Made by a program: the position numbers and the translations under genes. A model generated the notes under the pieces. The model made no database searches. It saw only the letters and a program-made list of their open reading frames with translations, and was not told where the DNA came from. A DNA stretch of 63,538 bases. It comes from Squalus acanthias. Taxonomy: Eukaryota. Shown here piece after piece: positions 22,001 through 34,000 of the stretch; the first letter of the stretch is position 1, and each line of letters begins with the position of its first letter. The stretch is from the NCBI GenBank assembly GCA_030390025.1, contig JASTWF010000639.1, positions 62,001-125,538 on the forward strand, given 5' to 3'.

Positions 22001-25000
22001 AGATAACGTTCGATTGGGAAAAAGTTGCAGGGCTGTGGGGAAAGAGCAGGGGGCAGTGCGACTAATTGGAGAGCTCGTTCAAAGAGCCGGCACAGGCACG
22101 ATGAGCCGAATGGCCTCCTTCTGTGCTGTATCATTCTACGGCTCTATCCTCTGGAGAACGCGTTTCGCACTCAGGCTGCAAGGGGGTGGATCTTTCTCTT
22201 TGTTCATTCTCAGGATCTGGGCGTCGCTGGCAAGGCCGGCATTTATTGCCCATCCCTAGTCGCCCTTGAGAAGGTGGTGGTGAGCCGCCTTCTTGAACCG
22301 CTGCAGTCCGTGGGGTGAAGGTGCTCCCACAGTGCTGTTAGGGAGGGAGTTCCAGGATTTTGACCCAGCGACGATGAAGGAACGGCCGATATATTCCCAA
22401 GTCAGGATGGTGTGTGACTTGGTGGGGAACTTGGAGGTGGTGGTCTTCCCATGCGCCTGCTGCCCTTGTCCTTCTAGGTGGAAGAGGTGGCGGGTTTGGG
22501 AGGTGCTGCCGAAGAAGCCTTGGTGAGTTGCTGCAGTGCATCTTGTAGATGGTGCACACTGCAGCCACGGTGCGCCGGTGGTGGAGGGAGTGAATGTTTA
22601 AGGTGGTGGATGGGGTGCCAATCAAGCAGGCTGCTTTGTCCTGGATGGTGTCGAGCTTCTCGAGTGTTGTTGGAGCTGCACTCATCCAGGCAAGTGGAGA
22701 GTATTCCATCACACTCCTGACTTGTGCCTTGTAGATGGTGGAAAGGCTTTGGGGAGTCGCTGCTGTCATGGCAACTCGGATGTCAAGCAGATTCCGCATC
22801 AAGTAGGAATCTTACACTTGGAGCACTGTGCACAGTTCTGGTCTCCATATACCTTGGTTAGACCACACTTGGAGCACTGTACACAGTTCTGGTCTCCATA
22901 TACCTTGGTTAGACCACACTTGGAGCACTGTGCACAGTTCTGGTCTCCATATACCTTGGTTAGACCTCACTTGGAGCACTGTACACAGTTCTGGTCTCCA
23001 TATACCTTGGTTAGACCACACTTGGAGCACTGTACACAGTTCTGGTCTCCATATACCTTGGTTAGACCTCACTTGGAGCACTGTACACAGTTCTGGTCTC
23101 CATATACCTTGGTTAGACCACACTTGGAGCACTGTACACAGTTCTGGTCTCCATATACCTTGGTTAGACCACACTTGGAGCACTGTGCTCAGTTCTGGTC
23201 TCCATATACCTGGGTTAGACCACACTTGGAGCACTGTGCACAGTTCTGGTCTCCATGTTATAAAAAGGATATAGAGGCACTGGAGAAGGCACAAATAAGA
23301 TTTAAGAGGATGATACCAGAACTGAGAGGATATACTTATCAGGAAAGATTGAACAGGCTGGGACTCTTTTCTCTAGAAAAGAGAAGGCCGATGGGTGACC
23401 TGATTGAGGTCTTTAAGATTATGAAGAGGTTCGATAGGGTAGACATAGAGAAGATGTTTCCACTTGTGGGGGAGACCAGAACTAGGGGCCGTCAATATAA
23501 GAGAGTCACTGATAAATCCAATAGGGAATTCAGGAGAAACTTCTTTCCCCAGAGAGTGGTGAGAATGGGGAACTCGCTACCACAGGGAGTGGTTGAGGCG
23601 AAGAGCAGAGATGTGTTTAAGGGGAAGCTGGATAAACACACGAGGGAGAAAGGAATAGAAGGATATGTTGATGGGGTGTGATGAAGAGGGGTGGGAGGAG
23701 GCTGGTGTGGAGCATAAACACCGGCACGGAGCAGTGGGGCTGAACGAACTGTTTCTGTGCTGTGAGCTCGAAGTAATTCTCTGTAACGTGAAGTGCACGA
23801 GGAGGGTGGAGCTTGGACGCTAACGATAATGTTCGTCTGCCCAGGTGCGTGGTGTTTGGACTGGGCGGCAACTCTACCCAGAAACGCAACAGCACAGAGA
23901 GGCTTGTGTGCGGTGATTCCATGCAGCTATCAGTATCCACCCACTCTGCCACCAACAAAGTATGTGGGAATCTGGTACAGAAATTTCGGAAAACCGACCA
24001 TCACAACAGTTTACAACAGCAGCAACACTTTTCCATTGACCGACCGATACAAACTGGGAGGTGATCTGGAAAAAGGAGACTGTTCCTTGATAATCAACAA
24101 TGTCAACTCTAATGACAGTGGTGGCTATCACTTCAGGATCGAGCTGGGAGCAGCCGGGAAGTATACTTACATGAATCAGGTCCACTTACAGCTTTCAGGT
24201 GGGTTCCTGACCTTCCTACCTTAGTGTTTAGACCGGACAGTGTTAGACCAGACAGTGTGTTAGACCGGACAGTGTGTTAGACCGGACAGTGTGTTTGATG
24301 GGACAGTGTGTTTGATGGGACAGTGTGTTTGATGGGACAGTGTGTTTGATGGGACAGTGTGTTTGATGGGACAGTGTGTTTGATGGGACAGTGTGTTTGA
24401 TGGGACAGTGTGTTTGATGGGACAGTGTGTTTGATGGGACAGTGTGTTTGATGGGACAGTGTGTTTGATGGGACAGTGTGTTTGATGGGACAGTGTGTTT
24501 GATGGGACAGTGTGTTTGATGGGACAGTGTGTTTGATGGGACAGTGTTTGATGGGACAGTGTTTGATGGGACAGTGTAGCGGGTTTGAGAGGATAGTGTT
24601 TGATGGGACAGTGTTTGATGGGACAGTGTAGAGGGTTTGATGGGACAGTGTAGAGGGTTTGATGGGACAGTGTTTGATGGGAAAGTGTAGAGGGTTTGAT
24701 GGGACAGTGTAGAGGGTTTGATGGGACAGTGTTTGATGGGACAGTGTAGAGGGTTTGATGGGACAGTGTTTGATGGGACAGTGTAGAGGGTTTGATGGGA
24801 CAGTGTTTGATGGGACAGTGTTTGATGGGACAGTGTAGCGGGTTTGAGAGGATAGTGTTTGATGGGACAGTGTTTGATGGGACAGTATTTGCTGGGACAG
24901 TGTAGAGGGTTTGATGGGACAGTGTTTGATGGGACAGTGTAGAGGGTTTGATGGGACAGTGTTTGATGGGACAGTGTAGCGGGTTTGATGGGACAGTGTA

Positions 25001-28000
25001 GAGGGTTTGATGGGACAGTGTTTGATGGGACAGGGTTTGATGGGACAGTGTAGAGGGTTTGATGGGACAGTGTAGAGGGTTTGAGAGGACAGTGTTTGAT
25101 GGGACAGTGTAGAGGGTTTGAGAGGACAGTGTTTGATGGGACAGTGTTTGATGGGACAGTATAGAGGGTTTGACGGGACAGTGTTTGATGGGACAGGGTT
25201 TGATGGGACAGTGTAGAGGGTTTGATGGGACAGTGTTTGATGGGACAGTGTAGAGGGTTTGATGGGATAGTGTTTGAGAGGACAGTGTTTGATGGGACAG
25301 GGTTTGATGGGACAGTATAGAGGGTTTGATGGGACAGTGTAGAGGGTTTGATGGGACAGGGTTTGATGGGACAGGGTTTGATGGGACAGTATAGAGGGTT
25401 TGATGGGACAGTGTTTGATGGGACAGTGTAGCGGGTTTGAGAGGACAGTGTTTGATGGGACAGTGTAGCGGGTTTGAGAGGATAGTGTTTGATGGGACAG
25501 TGTTTGATGGGACAGTATTTGCTGGGACAGTGTAGAGGGTTTGATGGGACAGTGTTTGATGGGACAGTGTAGAGGGTTTGATGGGACAGTGTTTGATGGG
25601 AAAGTGTAGCGGGTTTGATGGGACAGTGTAGAGGGTTTGATGGGACAGTGTTTGCTGGGACAGGGTTTGATGGGACAGTGTAGAGGGTTTGATGGGACAG
25701 TGTAGAGGGTTTGAGAGGACAGTGTTTGATGGGACAGTGTAGAGGGTTTGAGAGGACAGTGTTTGATGGGACAGTGTTTGATGGGACAGTATAGAGGGTT
25801 TGACGGGACAGTGTTTGATGGGACAGGGTTTGATGGGACAGTGTAGAGGGTTTGATGGGACAGTGTTTGATGGGACAGTGTAGAGGGTTTGATGGGATAG
25901 TGTTTGAGAGGACAGTGTTTGATGGGACAGGGTTTGATGGGACAGTATAGAGGGTTTGATGGGACAGTGTAGAGGGTTTGATGGGACAGGGTTTGATGGG
26001 ACAGGGTTTGATGGGACAGTATAGAGGGTTTGATGGGACAGTGTTTGATGGGACAGTGTAGCGGGTTTGAGAGGACAGTGTTTGATGGGACAGTGTAGAG
26101 GGTTTGATGGGACAGTGTTTGATGGGACAGTGTTTGATGGGACAGTGTAGAGGGCTTGATGGGACAGTGTTTGATGGGACAGTGTAAAGGGTTTGATGGG
26201 ACAGTGTTTGATGGGACAGTGTAGAGGGTTTGATGGAACAGTGTTTGATGGGACAGGGTTTGATGGGACAGTGTAGAGGGTTTGATGGGACAGTGTAGAG
26301 GGTTTGAGAGGACAGTGTTTGATGGGACAGTGTAGAGGGTTTGAGGGGACAGTGTTTGATGGGACAGTGTAGAGGGTTTGAGGGGACAGTGTTTGATGGG
26401 ACAGTGTAGAGGGTTTGGGGGACAGGGTTTGATGGGACAGTGTAGAGGGTTTGATGGGACAGTGTAGAGGGTTTGAGGGGACAGTGTAATGGGTTTGATG
26501 GGACAGTGTTTCATGGGACAGTTCAGAAGGAGCTCTCCTCTATTCCACAGCACAAATCTTCACCGTAGAGCAGAGCTGAAACGTTAAGCAAGGTGATGAC
26601 ATTTCCCTGCCGATGAATGTGCCTCTTTTTATTAGATCTTACAGATAAACCGACTATCTCACACACTGAGGATATAATTGAAGGGTTACCAGTGAATATA
26701 ACCTGTACCTTTACCAGTAACTGCAGTGGGATACCACCTACTTTGGAATGGCCGCGAGCCAGTGCTGTTAATGCTTCACCCTCACACATGAAGACTGAAA
26801 GGCAGAACACGACCTGGGTGTTTACGAGGATCTTGACCTTCATTCCCTCCTTCAGGCACCAGGGCAAAGTGCTTCAGTGCAGAGTTGCATACTCGAGTTC
26901 CTCATCCTCATCCTCACAAAACATCAGCTTAGAGATTCAATGTAAGGAAAATCTCTTTTTTGTTTCTGAATGGGGTTTAATTTCATCCAAAATCCAGGGC
27001 ACGTGTTTCAGTGAATTATGATGGGAGAATCGTTTGGTACAAGGCCGTTTCAAGAAAGAAAAGACTTCTTGGGTGTTAGTTCATTCTCACCTACCCATCT
27101 CCCCAAACCCCATCTCCCCCATCTCCCCATCATCTTCCCCAACACCCCATCATCTCCCCAAACCCCATCACCCCATCTCCCCATCAAAACCCCATCTCCC
27201 CCAACCCCATCATCTCCCCCAACCCCATCATCTCCCGCAACCCCCCATCATCTCCCGCAACCCCCCATCATCTCCCGCAACCCCCCAACCCCATCTCCAT
27301 CAAAACCCCATCTCCCCCAAACCCATCATCTCCCTCAACCCCCCAATTCCATCTCCCCATCATCTCCCTCAACCCCATCATCTCCCTCAACCCCATCATC
27401 TCCCTCAACCCCCCATCATCTCCCGCAACCCCCCATCATCTCCCGCAACCCCCCATCATCTCCCGCAACCCCCATCATCTCCCGCAACCCCCCAACCCCA
27501 TCTCCCCCAACCCCATCATCTCCCCCAACCCCCCAACCCCATCTCCCCATCAAAACCCCATCTCCCTCAACCCCATCATCTCCCCCACCCCCTCATCCCC
27601 CTCATCTCCCTGAACCCCATCACCCCATCATCGCCCCAAACCACATCATCTTCCTAAACCCCATCATCTCCCTAAACCTCATCTCCCCCAAACTCCTCTC
27701 CCCATCATGTCCCATAACCCCACCTTCTCACCATATCCCTCAACCCCACCTACCTACCCATCTTCTCCCCATATCCCTTTACCCAACCTTCTCCCCACAT
27801 CCCCCAACCCCACCCACCCACCCTCTCCCCACATCCCCCAACCCCACCCACCCACTCCCCACATCCCCCAACCCCACCCACCCACCTTCTCCCCACATCC
27901 CTCAACCCCACCCACCCACCTTCTCCCCACATCCCTCAACCCCACCCACCCACCACCTCCCCACATCCCTCAACCCCACCCACCCACCTTCTCCCCACAT

Positions 28001-31000
28001 CCCTCAACCCCACCCACCCACCTTCTCCCCACATCCCTCAACCCCACCCACCCACCTTCTCCCCACATCCCTCAACCCCACCCACCCACCTTCGCCCCAC
28101 ATCCCTCAACCCCACCTTCGCCCCACATCCCTCAACCCCACCTTCGCCCCACATCCCTCAACCCCACCTTCGCCCCACATCCCTCAACCCCACCTTCGCC
28201 CCACATCCCTCAACCCCACCTTCGCCCCACATCCCTCAACCCCACCTTCGCCCCACATCCCTCAACCCCACCTTCGCCCCACATCCCTCAACCCCACCTT
28301 CGCCCCACATCCCTCAACCCCACCTTCGCCCCACATCCCTCAACCCCACCCACCCACCTTCGCCCCACATCCCTCAACCCCACCTTCGCCCCACATCCCT
28401 CAACCCCACCCACCCACCTTCGCCCCACATCCCTCAACCCCACCCACCAACCTTCGCCCCACATCCCTCAACCCCACCCACCCACCTTCGCCCCACATCC
28501 CTCAACCCCACCCACCCACCTTCTCCCCACATCCCTCAACCCCACCCACCCACCTTCTCCCCACTTCCCTCAACCCCACACACCCACCTTCTCCCCACAT
28601 CCCTCAACCTCACCCACCCACCTTCTCCCCACATCCCTCAACCCCACCCAACCACCTTCGCCCCACATCCCTCAACCCCACCTTCGCCCCACATCCCTCA
28701 ACCCCACCTTCGCCCCACATTCCTCAACCCCACCCACCCACCTTCTCCCCACATCCCTCAACCCCACCCACCCACCTTCTCCCCACATCCCTCAACCCCA
28801 CCCACCCACCTTCGCCCCACATCCCTCAACCCCACCTTCGCCCCACATTCCTCAACCCCACCCACCCACCTTCTCCCCACATCCCTCAACCCCACCCACC
28901 CACCTTCTCCCCACATCCCTCAACCCCACCCACCCACCTTCTCCCCACATCCCTCAACCCCACCCACCCACCTTCTCCCCACATCCCTCAACCCCACCCA
29001 CCCACCTTCGCCCCACATCCCTCAACCCCACCCACCCACCTTCTCCCCACATCCCTCAACCCCACCCACCCACCTTCTCCCCACATCCCTCAACCCCACC
29101 CACCCACCTTCTCCCCACATCCCTCAACCCCACCCACCCACTCCCCACATCCCTCAACCCCACCCACCCACCTTCTCCCCACATCCCTCAACCCCACCCA
29201 CCCACCTCCTCCCCACATCCCTCAACCCCACCCACCCACCTCCTCCCCACATCCCTCAACCCCACCCACCCACCTCCTCCCCACATCCCTCAACCCCACC
29301 CACCCTCGCCCCACATCCCTCAACCCCACCTTCGCCCCACATCCCTCAACCCCACCTTCTCCCCACATCCCTCAACCCCACCCACCCACCTTCTCCCCAC
29401 ATCCCTCAACCCCACCCACCCACCTTCTCCCCACATCCCTCAACCCCACCCACCCACCTTCTCCCCACATCCCTCAACCCCACCCACCCACCTTCTCCCC
29501 ACATCCCTCAACCCCACCCACCCACCTTCTCCCCACATCCCTCAACCCCACCTACCCACCTTCTCCCCACATCCCTCAACCCCACCCACCCACCTTCTCC
29601 CCACATCCCTCAACCCCACCCACCCACCTTCTCCCCACATCCCTCAACCCCACCCACCCACCTTCTCCCCACATCCCTCAACCCCACCTTCGCCCCACAT
29701 CCCTCAACCCCACCTTCGCCCCACATCCCTCAACCCCACCTTCTCCCCACATCCCTCAACCCCACCCACCCACCTTCGCCCCACATCCCTCAACCCCACC
29801 TTCGCCCCACATCCCTCAACCCCACCTTCGCCCCACATCCCTCAACCCCACCTTCGCCCCACATCCCTCAACCCCACCTTCGCCCCACATCCCTCAACCC
29901 CACCCACCCACCTTCGCCCCACATCCCTCAACCCCACCTTCGCCCCACATCCCTCAACCCCACCCACCCACCTTCGCCCCACATCCCTCAACCCCACCCA
30001 CCAACCTTCGCCCCACATCCCTCAACCCCACCCACCCACCTTCGCCCCACATCCCTCAACCCCACCCACCCACCTTCTCCCCACATCCCTCAACCCCACC
30101 CACCCACCTTCTCCCCACTTCCCTCAACCCCACACACCCACCTTCTCCCCACATCCCTCAACCTCACCCACCCACCTCCTCCCCACATCCCTCAACCCCA
30201 CCCACCCACCTTCGCCCCACATCCCTCAACCCCACCTTCGCCCCACATCCCTCAACCCCACCTTCGCCCCACATTCCTCAACCCCACCCACCCACCTTCT
30301 CCCCACATCCCTCAACCCCACCCACCCACCTTCTCCCCACATCCCTCAACCCCACCCACCCACCTTCTCCCCACATCCCTCAACCCCACCCACCCACCTT
30401 CTCCCCACATCCCTCAACCCCACCCACCCACCTTCGCCCCACATCCCTCAACCCCACCCACCCACCTTCTCCCCACATCCCTCAACCCCACCCACCCACC
30501 TTCTCCCCACATCCCTCAACCCCACCCACCCACCTTCTCCCCACATCCCTCAACCCCACCCACCCACCTTCTCCCCACATCCCTCAACCCCACCCACCCA
30601 CCTTCTCCCCACATCCCTCAACCCCACCCACCCACCTCCTCCCCACATCCCTCAACCCCACCCACCCACCTCCTCCCCACATCCCTCAACCCCACCCACC
30701 CTCGCCCCACATCCCTCAACCCCACCTTCGCCCCACATCCCTCAACCCCACCTTCTCCCCACATCCCTCAACCCCACCCACCCACCTTCTCCCCACATCC
30801 CTCAACCCCACCCACCCACCTTCTCCCCACATCCCTCAACCCCACCCACCCACCTTCTCCCCACATCCCTCAACCCCACCCACCCACCTTCTCCCCACAT
30901 CCCTCAACCCCACCCACCCACCTCCTCCCCACATCCCTCAACCCCACCCACCCACCTCCTCCCCACATCCCTCAACCCCACCCACCCACCTCCGCCCCAC

Positions 31001-34000
31001 ATCCCTCAGCCCCACCCACCCACCTTCGCCCCACATCCCTCCGCCCCACCCACCCACCTTCGCCCCACATCCCTCAACCCCACCCACCCTCGCCCCACAT
31101 CCCTCAACCCCACCCACCTTCGCCCCACATCCCTCAACCCCACCCACCCACCTTCTCCCCACATCCCTCAACCCCACCCACCCTCGCCCCACATCCCTCA
31201 ACCCCACCCACCCACCTTCTCCCCACATCCCTCAACCCCACCCACCCACCTTCTCCCCACATCCCTCAACCCCACTTACTGACCAAACCACATAAGGAGA
31301 TATTCGGACAGGCGACCAAAAGCTTGCTCGGTGAGGTCGGTTTTAAGGAGCGTCTTAAAAGGAGGAGAGGCGGAGAGGTTTAGGGAGGGAATTCCAGAGC
31401 TCGGGGCCCAGGCGGCTGAAGGCACGGCCGCCAATGGTGGAGCGATGGAAATCGGGGGGGGGGATGCGCGAGAGGCCGGAATTGGAGGAGCGCAGAGATC
31501 TCGGAGATTCACAACAGTAACAGTCCGAATCTGTAACCTTACAATTTCAGCTTCACCAAGGAGTGTACTTTGAACGCAGTTGCCCCGTTTCTCCTCAGCG
31601 TCACATACCCTATCCTCCGCACTCGTCTTCTGCACCTTCCCTCCGACTCTCGTCCCCTCACCTGGGGCTCAGCAAGATCCCACGATTTCCATCGCGGCCG
31701 TGCCTTCAGCCGCCCGGGCCCCGAACCCTGCAATACCCTCCCTAAACCTCTCCGCCTCTCTCTCTCCTCCTTTAAGATGCTCTACCTCTTTGACCGAGTT
31801 TTTGGTCGCCTGTCCTAATATTTCCTTATGTGGCTCAGTGTCAATTATTGTCGGACTTGCGTTCCTGTGAAGATTTTTCAACGTTAAAGGCGCTATAGAA
31901 ATGCAAGTTGTTGTTGACTCGTTTCCATCTCAGTGACCTTTACCCTTCAACCTTTGGCTGAACGAGATTGATCACCAAACTCTGAGATGTTTGAGGAATG
32001 TATGAGGAGGAGGAGGAGGGGTGTGTCAAGGTTCAACACAGAGCAACTCCGAGTCGATTCCATATATATTAATGACTTGGACGTGGGTGTACAGGGCAGT
32101 TTCAAAATTTGCAGATGACACAAAACTTGGAAGTACAGTGAACAGTGAGGAGGAGAGTGATAGACTTCAAGAGGACATAGACTGGCTGGTGAAATGGGCG
32201 GACACGTGGCAGATGAAGTTTAACGCAGAAAAGTGCCAAGTGATACATTTTGGTAGGAAGAATGAGGAGAGGCAATATAAACTAAAGGGTACAATCCTAA
32301 AGGGGGTGCATGAACAGAGAGACCTGGGGGTATAGGTGCACAAATCGTTGAAGGTGGCAGGGCAGGTTGAGAAAGCAGTTTTTTTTAAAAAGCATACAGG
32401 ATGCTGGGCTTCATAAATAGAGGCATAGAGTACAAAAGCAAGGACGTTATGATGAAACTTTATAAAACACTGGTTCGGCCTCAACTGGAGTACTGTGCCC
32501 AATTCTGGGCACCGCACTTTAGGAAGGATGTGAAGGTCTTAGAGAGGGTGCAGAAAAGATTTACGAGAATGGTTCCAGGGATGAGGGACTTCAGTTACGT
32601 GGAGAGACTGGAGAAGCTGGGATTGTTCTCCTTCGAGCAGAGAAGGTTAAGGGGAGATTGACCAGAATGGTTCCAGGGATGAGGGACTTCAGTGATGTGG
32701 ATAGACTGGAGAAGCTGGGATTGTTCTCCTTAGAGCAGAGAAGGTTAAGGGGAGATTGACCAGAATGGTCCCAGGGATGAGGGACTTCAGTGATGCGGAG
32801 AGACTGGAGAAGCTGGGGTTGTTCTCCTTAGAGCAGAGAAGGTGAAGGGGAGATTGACCAGAATGGTCCCAGGGATGAGAGACTTCAGTGATGCGGAGAG
32901 ACTGGAGAAGCTGGGGTTGTTCTCCTTAGAGCAGAGAAGGTGAAGGGGAGATTGACCAGAATGGTCCCAGGGATGAGGGACTTCAGTGATGTGGAGAGAC
33001 TGGAGAAGCTGGGATTGGAGCAGAGAAGGTTGAGAGGAGATTTGATAGAGGTGTTCAAAATCATGAGGGGTCTGGACAGAGTAGATAGAGAGAAACTTTT
33101 CCCATTGGCGGAAGGGTCGAGAACCAGAGGACACAGATTTAAGGTGATTGGCAGAAGAACCAAAGGCGACATGAGGAAAAACTTTTTTACGCAGCGAGTG
33201 GTTATGATCTGGAATGCGCTGCCTGAAAGGGTGGTGGAGGCAGATTCAACTGTGGCTTTCAAAAGGGAGTTGGATAAGTACCTGAAGGAAAAAAAATTCA
33301 CAGGGCTACGGGGAAAGGGCGGGGGGAGTGGGATTGGCTGAAGTGCTCTTGCAGAGAGCCGGCACGGGCTTGACGGGCCGAATGGCCTCCTCCTGTGCTG
33401 TAACCATTCTATGGTTCTGTGGCCTCCCTCTGCTTGCTTTCTTTCAGATTCTCCCAGGGAGACAGCGGTACAGGTCAGCGGAGCCCGACAAAGGATAAAA
33501 GAGGGAGACAACGTCACATTAACCTGCTGCAGCAAGAGTAACCCGCCGCCGGCCAGTTACAGCTGGTTCCGGGTCGACGGAAGCGAGACAATCAAGTTCA
33601 TCGCAGACACCGAGTCCATCAACCTGAGTCGGGTAACTCGGGAGCATGATGCCGGGTTCTACTGCACAGCGGAGAACATGCTTGGCTCCAGCAACTCCAC
33701 CCTGTTCAACATCAGTGTGGAGTGTAAGTGTGAGATACACAAGAACATATGAACTAGGAGCAGGAGTCGGCCATTCGCCCCCTCGAGCCTGCTCCGCCAT
33801 TCAATGAGATCATGGCTGATCATCGACCTCAACTCCACTTTCCCGCCCGATCCCTCAATTCCCCGAGAGTCCAAAAACCTACATCTCAGCCTTGAATAGA
33901 CTCAACGACTGAGCCTCCACAGCCCTCTGGGGTAGAGAATTCCAAAGATTCACCACCCTCTGAGTGAAGAAATTCCTCCTCATCTCAGTCCTCAATGGCC

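Noticed and set aside
24277-26553. 758-aa Cys/His-rich ORF (HCPIK repeats)
   Set aside because: Minisatellite translation cycling through frames; not a zinc-finger protein.
27018-31295. 1425-aa and 1191-aa Pro/His/Thr-rich ORFs (extensin/mucin-like)
   Set aside because: Translation of a C-rich minisatellite that cannot encode stops; open in several frames and located inside a Siglec intron.
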